The position numbers were made by a program, and so were the translations under genes. Source: Blasia pusilla (lineage: Eukaryota). From it: a stretch of DNA of 64,000 bases. Location: NCBI GenBank assembly GCA_050084515.1, contig CM114271.1, forward strand, positions 35,588,001 through 35,652,000. The letters are read 5' to 3'. The notes under the pieces are model-generated. The model searched no databases. It saw only the letters and a list, made by a program, of their open reading frames with translations, and was not told the origin of the DNA. Every line of letters begins with the position of its first letter. Within the stretch, counting starts at the first letter, position 1. Positions 1 to 12,489 of this stretch are shown piece by piece.

Positions 1-993
1 CATTCTGGTGCACCTCCACATTTAGCGACGGGGCCCTGCCCTGCCCTGCCCTGCCCTACGAGGCACGCAGGCAGGCAGTCGCGAGAGAAGAAATGATATC
101 GAGAAAAGCGGAGTAGACTCATCACAGGAGTCGCGGGATCGAGGCCCGGCTGACACCATATGTGCTCTCTGTGTTGTCATTTTTCTCTACCTCTCTCCTC
201 CCTCTCCCTCTCCCTCTCCCTCTCCGTCCGTGCGCTCGTCCCGTCGTCGCCATGAGAAAGGAAAGCTGGACGTGAGAACTGCTGCGGGCTGTCTTTGCTT
301 GTCTACCACTGCGGCCTGGTTTCGGTTGGGCAATTGAGGTCCGTGTTCCTTCCTTCGCCCCGACCACAGCCGTGAGACGGAGGGAGGCAGGCAGGCAGAG
401 CTTGCCCTCCTTGATTGCTGTCTTCTGTCCCCAGTTTACTCCTGTCCTGTCGTGTCGTGTCTCGATGGAGCCCGACCCGATGGAAGCGTGAGGGAGCGAG
501 CTCTGGGCGGAGGGTCGAGACTCCTACAGTAGAGGCGAGGCAGTGGGGAAAAGCGCGAGCGATAGCGGAGCGAACGTTGGCCCGAGGACGAGGTTAAACG
601 CACGGACGTTCGAGGTGGTAGGGTATGCGGAGGAGAACATTACCGTCTGTGGCTATGGTGGTTAGTTTGAAGAGTTTCGAGGAAGAGGAGGAGGACGGGG
701 TAGGGCACGGGGTCGGGGTGTCCTACCAACGCATGAGGATGAGGAAATGAGCGTCTTGTCGGAGAATCGACAAGGTTTACGGGTTTTAGAGCGATCTGTA
801 GTGTAAAGATCGTTACGAGGGAGACAGATTCGGCGCTTGTGCTCTCATTCTGAAGGGTACATTAAGGTGTGTGGTACTTAAACACACGTCGTGTCGATTG
901 AGGCTGGGATAGGGTTGGCTAAGAGTTTACCGGCTTCGCTTGAGGCTGTAGGATAGGGTTGGCCATCTGTTTTGCCTATGCAGTGCGAAGGCC

Positions 994-3900
994 ATGGCGC
1001 CAGGCCGGAAGAAAGGGGGTGGCGCGTCCAAAGCAGCAGTGGTCAAGCGGGACTGGAATGTCGGAGAGCTAGTTTTGGCGAAAGTCAAGGGCTATCCGCC
1101 ATGGCCTGCTCAGGTACGGAGAAATTTGTCAGTGGGATTACATACGTGGGTGTGATATTATTTTGCTGTTTGAGGGCTATGGGTCGTGGTGTGGTTGAGA
1201 TTTGGCCTCGAGTCGGGGTTATTTCCAAGCAATCTTCAGCCAGTACTGTGATTGTCTGGATGAAGGGAAGGATGGTCAATCACATTGGAAGACTATCCTC
1301 TGGGGTCTCAGGAATCAACGAGCTTGCGAAGTGCAGGCCCTTATGCTTGCTTAGAGTACCCATCGAAATGGCAGTAATTGCCTTGGTAGGGCCGAGCACA
1401 CCTGGTCTCATCGTCCCTGCTATGGGATGCCGCCTTGGTACCGGAGAAGAATATCTAGGTTTTGCTGTGACTTGTCTTAGGTCTCTTCTGTTGATTTTGC
1501 TCGTTCAGCGATGTCTGGATTTTCTTCTCTGATTCTTCCACTGTCGGAGTCGAAGTAGATTTACAATTTTCAGAGTACTTCTGACTGCCGGAACCAGGCA
1601 TTTACAGGGTGAATCCAGAATATGGATGTCTCGTTGATGTTTGTCATTTTTTGACCACGTCCGTCAACTTAATTGTCCATCGTTTCTCTCACCAACCTAC
1701 CCGTCCTTATTCCCTCTCATCGAGGGATTGCCGACGTTTGTTTACTTCACGCACTTCTGGAACCTACCTCTAGACCTAGACCTAATGTTAGCGGAGATAT
1801 TAGGGCATGATTTGCAGTTATATTGGTCACGAATGTGTCATTGTCATGGTTATGGTACGTACTAGTCGCTTTAAGGTGTCTCCCATTCCAACGGGAATGA
1901 GTGGGGTTTGTTTCGAGGCGGTAAACTCTGAAATAAGGCTTTGCAGATGGTGTCTCACACAAATCACGAAGAACAGGGCTCGCCCCCTGTTTGTCCATAC
2001 GAGGAGGGCACTGAAAGTTATCACGAGCTTTTCGGTTAGAAGCATTCGAAGATGAGGTTTTCCTTCTTGGTATGCTTGTGCAGCTGAACTTTCAGGGGCG
2101 GAATTCTTTTGCATTCCCTTGAATTTCGAAGTCGTAAGATGGACCATGGTTTGCTATGATGATATCATCTGTTTGGCAATTGTTTGCCATGTGGGCTTAT
2201 CAGTGGTTGTTTCACCCGTGGAGATGCTGCTCTTCTAGGAGGTTAGGGATTTCCCCTGGGTTCTCTCAAGGTATTATTACTAGGGCAAGACTCCTTCTAG
2301 GTCTTCGTAAGATAGGGAGTCGAAGAGGCATGGTGGTTCATCATGGGATCCCAGAGCTCACAGATCTAGGATCCTTGCAGTGTTTCTGGAAATGTTAAGT
2401 AAGGAGACTGAGGAGGTTCTGTGAGGATTCCGTAGAGTTCTCTGGCAATAGTATCCTATCTGTGACGATATATGTTTGTTTGTCCTTCACAGACAATGAG
2501 ATCTAAGACAGTTGAGTAGCAGGGTATTATCTTGATCAGATTTTATTGAGCTGGAACTGATCTGTTTATTCTCTTCAACCATTATCTACTCACTGTACCA
2601 ACCAGTGGTTAGTGATATCTGGAAATACTGGGCTTTAAGACGGGTTGCTAGGAAACACAGGGTTTTCATGCAGGTTTTCCTTGAGCTGTTGAATTTTCCA
2701 GATAGGGCTACTTGTAGGTTTCTCCAAAGCCAGTGACTTGTTGGAGGGAGTAGGTCTGCATTGACTGTGTGGATGTATCCGGGACTCGTATTTGCTCGGC
2801 TTTCATAGGGCTGCTTACCTTTAACTTTGAGTTGAAGAGGGTTGTTTTCTCAATCCTTTCAAATTTTCAGAGTGGTGTCTTTATTGTTTATCTTTAGCTG
2901 CCAACTTGAATTACGGAACATGATCTGGAATGATTTTGTTAATCTATTCTGGCCATTGTGTGCTATCTGTCCCGGTTTGTGGTTTGAATTAACTTCTCAG
3001 AAAGCTTTCTTCACAGACCCGGTGGTGGTACTCCATTCTACCATGTCTTACTCTTTGGGTTTGGACTGTTGTTCACTTTGGTGTTTCAAGTTCTTCAGGT
3101 CCAAGTTTTTCACAATGTTTTGATAAAAAGGAATTCTTTGTATTTGCAGATACAGCGGGCTGAGGATCATGGTTGGGCTCCTCACTCCAACAAGATTTTT
3201 GTTTGCTTCTTCGGAACAAAGCAAATGTAAGTTTTAGTTATATCTCCTGAGCTTCTTTGTTTTCTGTATGTTCCTGTCATTTGTGGGAACTGATTAAGGT
3301 GATAATTTTGCTGTGACAGCCGAAATTGTCATCAAGGTGAACTTGCACTTTTCACACCGAAAGAAAGGAGTGTTCTTGTAGGGAAACTCCAACAGAAGAA
3401 TTTGCCGGCAGACCTCAGTCGAGCCATCAAAGAAATATGTAAGGTGGATGATGAGCTTAAGGCTGCTGCTAGTCCTGAGGACAGGCCTGAAGAAGGTTGC
3501 ACATCACTGACTGTAAATGAAGAGAAACAGGAAGAGGAGAATACCTCTGATCGGGAGGATAAGTCCGGAGAAGTGAAACGTGTGCAGGTCCCTGCTGCCA
3601 AGCAAAGTGAGGATCTAGTCTCAGTGGCCACACGACTACTAGGAGAAAAGTCTCCGCCACTGATTGATATTAAACCGGAGGAGGTAATGGCAAATGTTGA
3701 GGAGAAAGTACAGGATGATGGCAGAGAAGGAAGGAATATTCTGCCCACAAGTGCTAGGAACCTGGCAGAAAACTCTGGTCAAGCAGAAGCCAGAACTTCT
3801 GGAGATCTTTTAGATCAAGCTGGAATCAAAGTGAAGGCAGCAATTGCAGCTGATGAAGTTGCTCCTCAATACTACAGGAAGAAACCAAGAAAGCCGGTGA

Positions 3901-6900
3901 AAGATGAACCTAAGCCACAAGAAAGACCTTTGAAAGAAGATTTGAAGCTGCAAGAAGTTATGTCTGCATCTGAGAAGCAGGTAGTTGTTTCTACTACAGA
4001 AAGTCCTAAAGTGGGAGGTCACCCTAGAAGAGCAGCATTTGGCAAAGCTTTGGAAAAGTTAAATCAGTCAGCAGAGAAAAAGCCTGCACCAATTATGCAT
4101 GTGGAGGTGAAAGGTGCAGGTGGTGGCAGGTTGAGTGCAGCTACAAGTGAGTTTTACAGAAAGAAAAAGAATCAGCAGGGCTTTTCCAGGAGTAGTGGGG
4201 GTATTGCGGATATTGAAGATGGTGATGGGATGAACTCGCTAGCAGACCTGGCGGATGGAGATGTGGGGTTGGAGTCCCCCTTGATGAAGAAAGTCCGCAG
4301 GATAGCTAAGAAGCAGTCAAAGGCTGCCTCTCCAGGTGCAGCAGATACCCAAAAGAAATCTGTTGTTGTACATAGTGATGATGGACAGCTCAATCTGAAA
4401 GGAAGAGAAGTGTGTGTAGAGAATCGGCTCATTGAGGAAGTATCTCAGAGAGCTGATTCACCAATACTCACATCAAGTCCTACTTCAGTGGGTGATGAGG
4501 CAGAAGTGCTACTAGAGTTGGAGAAATCTCGTGGTCAGGGAGGCGCAGGACTAGCCACTAATAACCATACAAAGAGAAAGGGGAACAGTTTTGGCAAGAG
4601 CAAACCATATGCTGGAAGAATGCGCGATGGGGATGAAGATAAAGAGGATGATTATTCGGAGACTGAGTTCAATGAGGAAGAAGAAGATACAGTGATGCCT
4701 AATGATAGCCAGAGGAAGAAGAGAGCACACAGGCTGACCAAGGCCAGTTTGAAGCCTACGAAAAAGCTTAAAACTTGTGGTGGTGTTAGTCCAAGTGAAT
4801 TTAAGACTGTTGTTAAATCCACTGAAGCAGCTGTGACCGACTCCAAGACTGCTGAAAATGGGGAGAAAGGCGCTAGTCTGCCACCAAAGGCAGCTAAATA
4901 TCGAATAAGAAGTAGCCTGCCTGATGATGAGGCAGTCTTGCCACCTTCTAAACGCTGGCATCCTGCTTTTGAAGCAATTAGTTCTTGTGAAGTGGAGGCA
5001 GTTGTGCAACCAGGAGAGCAGGGAGATGGCAAAGCTGAGCAAACTGGAAGTAGATCTACTACTGGGGATTATGATTCTCGTGAGGCGTCTGAGCGCACAG
5101 GTTCAGATGCCAGGCAGATGAGTGTCGATCCCAAGTCTTTTGAATCAAAGACACTTCATGGGTCGGCAGTCTCCAAGAGAGGAGGAGGCCTCCCAGCTGT
5201 TTCCAAGAGCTGCAGCTTGTCAAGAGCAGCTGTTTTCACTTCTGATGTCCTTGACTCCTCCCCGCTTAGTAAGCTGCCCATTGGTGAAACGGAAACTGTA
5301 GACCTCGGGAGAAAGGATAAAGGTGACGGGAAAATTGGTGGGAAGGCGACCCGGGTTGGTCTGGTGGCATCTACAAAGGTTGTTAGTGGAGATTTGAACA
5401 AGGTACCAACTGACAAACTACAAATGAAATCAGCTGACTCTAAGAAGAGCCACACTGAGAAGTCACAGGGAAAGGTGGGGGACACACAGAAAGGACAGTC
5501 TGATAGATCAGGTTCAAAGGGGAAACCATACAAGGCAAAGAAGGTCATTGCCAGTCCACCCAAGGAGTTAACAGCATCACGATCTAGCCCGGACTCCAAA
5601 AAGGTAGATGATAGCTCAGTTCTAGACAAGGCTAACTTGGAGAGTAATGTGAAGCAGTCTCTCTTGAGTCCCCAGGCGGGGACTCCTGGAAAAGCTGTAT
5701 TAGATACGCCAAACGAGAAAGGAAAGGGCTCTTCAAACATTCCAATCAATGAAGCTGTCAAGGTGAATGGTGTAAGCTCTCAAGGAAAGCCAGAAGGATT
5801 CACATCTCCAATGAAGTCACGGCTAGAAGGACAAGATAACAAACTTCGGCAGGCGTAAGTAACTTTGTCTTAGCTTAATTCAAAAGTACTGATTGTACTA
5901 TATTTTCCAGATCCTATTTAGCTGTTCGGTCTTTAATTTCTGACTTTTATTTGATTGGTTCTTAACAGGGTTGAAGCTGCCAAGGAGAGTAAACAGAAGT
6001 TTCTTCAAGCTGATGCATCTACATCTTCCATGTCTCTCAAATATCTCATTGCGGCGGCCCAGGCCAAACGACAAGCCAAACAGGTGGATCCAGCAGGAGC
6101 CTTATCAGAGAAGGTAACAGGTGCCTTAGTATCCAGCCCTTCTCCTACCCCAGGATTGGGAAGTTCAAGGCTGACGTCACCTGTAGTGAATGTGAATAGT
6201 GGAATTTCTCTTGAAGCACCCAAGCCCTCGGGTCCATATGCGGATTTCATATCTCCATCCAGTGTCAAGGGTGAAACATCTCGTGCACTTGGGTGGAGGA
6301 GCAATGGGAAGGAGAAAAATAGCGGAGTCCAACCAGGAGGAGCAAAAGATGCAGGCAATGCTGTGGAGTCTACTGAAGCGGCAGTTGCCAGGGACACATT
6401 CACAGGGATGCTGGAAACCCTTTCTCGGACGAAGGAGAGCATTGGACGTGCATCACATCATGCCTTGGAATGTGTCAAGTATGGCATTGCTGATCAGGTC
6501 TGTTTCTCATCCTTCCGACCTGGTATGATTCAGTTATGCACAGAAATATGCACAATCAACTCTGATGGGTAATAGGCTTGTTTTTGGGCATGCAATTAAT
6601 GGCTTTTAAGACAGATTGATGAGGTTGCCAATATTCTCTTCACTAGGGAATACACAAGGTTTGACATATTTAGGAGTGGTTGGGATGCTAAGAAATGGTC
6701 AGTCATGTTACAACCAACATAAACCCAGTCAAATTTTGAGGTTTTAAGGGAATTACGTAGGTGAAAGAAGTAAAGTAGGGAGAAGAACCCAGATCAAATT
6801 AGCAATTTCTTAAATTTCAGAAGACCAACTAAAAATACGCTCTCAATAAAGTGCCGGGGTGCACCAAAAACTTTCTGGTCCCATGAAATAACCATGGGCT

Positions 6901-9900
6901 CGTGGATCAATAGGGATCCAGAGGCTGAGGGGTTACCATATTATTTAATGCTATAGTAGACTTTAAATTTCTATTTAGTGGGTAGATAATTGTCACCCTG
7001 TCAACTGCCTGTTTCTTAAGAACAACAATTAGTGCAGAGGCTTCTGGCCTTGCTTATTGTTGGTTGGGAGCAGGATGGCTGTATGTTTGTAGCTCTTTTC
7101 AATCGATCCAGATCGTCTGCTTCCATTTTAGGAGAAAAGAACCTAAGTTGTACTTTGGAAGGATGGTCCATGTGATATTTGTCAGTGCAGTATGAAGTTG
7201 GTGGAAATTTGTGGTACCTATGGTATACGTTACGCCATTTTTCGTTTGCTCTTTCTGGTTAGGTATTTTGTTCTTGTTTGGGTGCTATTCAAGTGTCTAA
7301 ATCTTGTGCCAATTTTATGCCACATTGATTCCAGGTCTTACAAGTACACAATTTCTGGGATAATTGTTTGTATTTCTTGATTGTGAATAAGAGTGACTGC
7401 TTTCCTCACGGGTAGACTTATCGAGGGTTAGTCTTCCAATGTTGCATGATTTGTCCTCTATCTGGTGTTGAGGTAGCAGGAACTGAAAATTAAAGGCAAG
7501 TTTGCAGCACCTGTCACATTCAAATTATTCTCATGAAGAACTTTAGCACCACCATTCAGACCACCCAGTAATTTGGAGTTGCAGTTTTCCAAGAACTGAA
7601 CTGCCACTCTGGGTTATTTGCAGATAGTGGAGGTCATTGTGGATAAACTGGAGAATGAATCAAGTTTTCATCGCCGAGTGGACCTATTTTTCCTTGTTGA
7701 TTCAATCACGCAATGTTCAAACAGCCAAAAAGGTACTTTGAGCTTACCAGGTAGAGTAAGCTGTGGTAGTTACACGAAATGCTGTTTTCCTTATCCATGC
7801 ATGGTCTCTTTCCTTATTGTAGTCCTCACATCAACTTCAAAACACCAAAATGTATGATGAATATGCCAGTTACAGTAGCCTGTGGAAAATAGGACAAATC
7901 TCAGTAGTATTGGCCTCACATAGGTTTTTTGGGCTTTCCAGGCATCACAGGTGCAGCCTATCCCCCCATCGTTCAAGTTGCATTGCCTCGGCTACTCAAT
8001 GCAGCAGCTCCACCAGGAAGCATTGCTCGAGAAAATCGACGACAGTGTTTAAAGGTGTGTTGAAAGTCTTTGCTGGTCCACTGACTGCAAGCATGCCAGT
8101 ATGTGAGCAAACAAATATCTAAATTGGCTGTTTCACTGGAGTACTGTAAGCAGGTTCTTAAACTGTGGTTGGAACGAAGTATTTTACCTGAGCCAGTATT
8201 GCGTCACTTCATGAACGAGATTGAGTCGCACAATGATGACAAGTCCTGTGGTAGCAATTCACGAAGACCTTCACGATCTGAGCGTGCTGTGGATGATCCA
8301 TTGAGAGAAATGGAAGGCATGTTTGTGGATGAGTATGGCAGGTATGAGGCTAAACAATTTGTCCCTAAAATACTTCATTAAGATTCAGGGCATAAGTCTT
8401 TCCTTGCCACTGCTTTTGGATTGGTGAGTCTTAAATATCGCTTTTTCAATTGATACAAATTAGTCATCGATTTTGAGTGGCATTGGTTTTGACTCGAAGG
8501 AGACAACCTAATTTTTAAAGTGTCCATGTCTCGCAGCAATGCCAGTTTTGCCTTGCCAGGTTTGCTAATTCCACGAATGTTTGAGGATGATGAAGAAGGG
8601 AGTGATGGATGTAAGAAAGTGGACAGAGAGGATAGTATACACATTCAATTGAGTGTACCGGAGGAGACAGAAAAGAGCCCTATTGCGCAGGAGCAAGAAG
8701 AAGTTGACAAGCATCGACATGTTTTGGAAGATGTTGATGGTGAACTTGAGATGGAGGATGTTTCTCCTTCCTCTGAAAATGAGATAAAGGTGAGAAGGGA
8801 TTTGTGTGTAAAGGAAAGTACACCCACATCATCAGATGAAGCTGAGGCTCCTGTTGTATCAGATGTGAGTGAGTCTTCTGTGCCAGAGAACTCTCAACCC
8901 CCTCTTCCACAAGGACCACCTCCCCCTCCTTCAGGACCTCCTCCCTCACCACCTCCATTGCCAGCATCCCCCCCTCCCTCTCCCCCACCTCCACCTCCTC
9001 CAGTCTCTCCCCAATTGCCGGTAGCTGTGTCACCCGTGCCGATTCATTCTCAACCACATCCAACACATGGTAGTGAGCATCCTGTGCATAACTTCAGACC
9101 TGTCGGACAACCTTTGTTGAGGGAGCCAGAGGCGCCTCGGTCAACAAGTTTTGGGTTTGCACAGCAAGGCCTACAAAGTAATCATGGGATGCCAAATCCA
9201 TCGTCTTATCCAAGCTCGTCTGGATTCCTGATTTCTCAGACATCATCAGGATCTACTGGTCCCAACCTAGCCACAGCAGTATCGTACCCCAATCCAACAG
9301 GGTCTCTACTTCCTCAAAATTCTCACGCTCCACCTAATGTGTTTGTCTCACAAAATGCTGGTATTACTCAACAGACTACTGGTCATCACCACCTGCCACA
9401 AAATGCTCACCTGTCACAGACCAGTTCTCAGGCACCACGAGGTTCTTCTCATGGACTCCAGAGCACTACTCATCTTCCTTTGAATTCAGGTCTTGTCACA
9501 CAAAACCCTATGCACGTTCCTCAAGGTGGAGCCAATGTTCCACAAACTTCTCATGTGCCACAAAACAATTCCCTTATGTCACAGAGTACATCCCATGCTC
9601 CACCTTTGCCACTGGGTAATCCAGGATATCCCCAGAGACCATATATGCAAGGTCTTAAGCCTCCTACCCCTTATCCAATGGGAATGAGAGAAGATGTTGG
9701 TCCACATCGACAATCTCAATTATTTGAGCCTGCTACATCATCGATGCTTGGAGACCAAGAGAAGCTTTCACCACATATCCGAAGAGTCATGCAAGAAGAA
9801 CAGTTACGCAAGAGACAGCAAGATTCAGCTGCAGAGAGAGCTGTGGAGTCAAGTTTGGGGCATATTGAAGGCAGGCAAATGACTGCTCCAGTCTTACCTA

Positions 9901-10652
9901 CAGAAGGTGGGTCAACTGCTTCTATTCAGTTCTAGAGCTAGTGGTGGGCATCAAGTCTGTTACATGTATAGCTGCTGGTTGCACTCCTCGCAGTTTTTGC
10001 TTACTATTGATTATTATGATGTTGTGTCTTGTGAGCCTGTCAATAATAGATGGATAAGCTTTCCTATGTTCATTTTATAGTTTGGCTGTGAAAAGGAATG
10101 TATTGAATCAGTGATTGTGGAGTCTTGTCACTCATCACCATCCTTCTCCAACAGGTATTGTGACCGGTGAGAAAGTAGCGGTTGGGAACCAGTTTCACCA
10201 TGGAAATAATCCATTTCCTCCACCTGATCAGATGTTTAGGATGAATGGTGGAATGTTACGTCCTCCACATTCAGCTCCACCCTTCTCACCAAGCTTGGGG
10301 GGTATGCAACATCCACATATGCCTCAACAATTTCAGCTGCCTCCATTCAGGCATCCTGGAAATATACAAGTAAATATGCCTAATAACATGGCAATGCTGG
10401 GCCCTCCACCACCATTTTCATATGGGACAGGTCTTTCGGGATCAATGCCTCAAGTTGCAGGTAGGGAGAGGGAGACCTCTCACATCTCCCTTCTACGCAA
10501 ATGATTTTCTTGATTGCATTTATAAGTTATATATGCTACCATTTGTAAACTTAGCTGACATCTGTGTTTTCATGACAGTGCCACCACCTCAAGCTCAACA
10601 TATGGGTTTCAGACAGGGAGGCCCCACACCAAGTCAATGGAGGCCTACATGA
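994..10652 (+). CDS. HUA2: HUA2/HULK-family protein (N-terminal PWWP domain, CID/RPR domain, Pro-rich C-terminus), 10 coding exons, 1806 aa
   Basis: Exons, all GT-AG and in phase: 994-1113, 3150-3226, 3320-5854, 5969-6497, 7624-7732, 7942-8054, 8154-8341, 8537-9906, 10155-10460, 10579-10652 (5421 nt). PWWP: MAPGRKKG...VGELVLAKVKGYPPWPAQ...FVCFFGTKQI. CID: FTGMLETLSRTKESIGRA...LENESSFHRRVDLFFLVDSITQCS...RENRRQCLKVLKLWLER...DDPLREMEGMFVDEYGSN. Also HRHVLEDVDGELEMEDVSP, a PPLP/poly-Pro tract and C-terminal WRPT*. These are recognised HUA2/HULK motifs; the exact paralog is not resolved. Confidence 0.93.
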
Positions 10653-12489
10653 TGCATTCTAAAAATGGGGTGATGAATTTATGAGTATCAGACATGACAT
10701 TTTGAAGGCAGATGGTAGGATGTAGTGATTGTTTTGACTCAAGGTTGAGATTACTACTGGGAAGCGGGATAAGTCTACAATGTTTTGTGTGGAAGAAACT
10801 GCTGGACCAAGGTGCCCCTTCTTTCCACCGTGTTAACACTGATGCTACTGTGCATTCTGTGTGTGCCAAGTACGTCAAGGGAACCGAAGAGGATAGACAT
10901 GGCCGCTTCTTAGTGCAGAACTTGTTTTTGTATGTTTTCAGGTTACCAGACGAAATTGGATCAAAAGTCCCTGCACCCATGTGGGTGAGGAAGAATTCTT
11001 TCTTATGAAGAAATTTACTCAGTTATGCAAGTAAGTTATCGAGGTACCCGCTAGAGATGTAGAGTCAGTGGACAAAGACTAGACCCGGATTTTGTACATA
11101 ATGTACCTGTTGTTCACCATCTGCATCAGGCAGACGTACAATCAGTCTATCTCTTTTGGTTGTGCAGATTTATGCTTAAGGCTGGGTTGCTCTGCTGATT
11201 GTCTGTCACATTGGAGGGTCAGTATAAAGAGCTTTGTATATGATCTATGCTCATGCGATTTTCATGAGCTTTTGGTTTGCTTTTTTCGAGATACTGTTAT
11301 TCTTATTCCTGTCAAAGAAGACACTTGCTCACATGGATTGGAGACATTTTTGTGATGAACTTCTCTGCACATAATACATTCCACAAGCAAAGGTAATCGA
11401 AACCAATTCAACTATAGAGTGGTTACAGTGTCTTGAATGTGAATGCTTTAAAGGACCTAGGAGTGCTACTAGCTTTCCTAATGGAAAAGGACTAACGACC
11501 TCCCCATCGTCTCAAGGACTAGTAGCAGCATTCAGAGGGTGTCTGGCAACGACTGAGAAGTTGGGAAATTTCTTTTCAGGAACACATGAATTATCCCAAT
11601 CTTCATGATTAATTTTTTTTGGAGGCTGTGTTCCCATAATTGAATGGCGTTTTGCAGAAACAATCCTCTTGTAGCAGATATTACTTGTTTTTGCGAGCAG
11701 GATGTTGAGGATTTTGTGGAGAGCTGTACTCTGATGGGCTCAAACTGGTTGATTGTACTCCAACTCGTGTCTGCTTGTGTCCAAAGAAGGTGGGTAGCCA
11801 CATGTGGGGATCTGTTTGATTTGTTTGACACCCTTCACAACGGTTGCTTTTATGGCACTAGTGGACACACTACTGAAAGAGGCCAAAGTTTTGGCTCGTA
11901 AATCTCCTTGTTTTCCATAATGACAGGCCTTCCCTTTGGCAGTTTGTTTCTTTCAATAATTGTCATTTTTGTAGATTCTGAATTGTTCCCGCATTGGACT
12001 GTGGACTTCTCATACGTCTAGTTACCATATTCCCATGAGGCTCCACCTTCTTGTAATGAACAGACGAACATAGGTCTTGAGCATGAGGTGATCAGACTTC
12101 GTAGATCCAGCAAAGCTTGCCCTGAACCACTTCTCTGAGTATCGTGCTGTGCTGGATCCCTTTCCTTCCCTCCGGAGACCATCGTGAGAGGGAAACGGTC
12201 CCAGGTCAAGGCTGCTTGTTGTCGACTCCTTAGGCTCAACTGTTGCTCGCTCTTTCCCAGCGGAATTAAATGGTCGTTGGGAAAAGGGCACCACGTCTGC
12301 ACAGAAAACGCCTTTGCTACAAAACACATGGTGGCTTGCAATAATACTCCCTATGTTCTGTTGCGTATGTCTTAGGTCAGGAGCGCCTACCCACCCTCAA
12401 CGGAACACAATCCCGTGGACCCAGACAGACCGCGTTCTTCCCAATAATAGGTAGGAGCACGGAAGGTTTACGCCACACGCACCAACAGC

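Noticed and set aside
972..1532. 186-aa ORF overlapping HUA2 exon 1
   Set aside because: Different frame from the PWWP exon and mostly intron 1 sequence.
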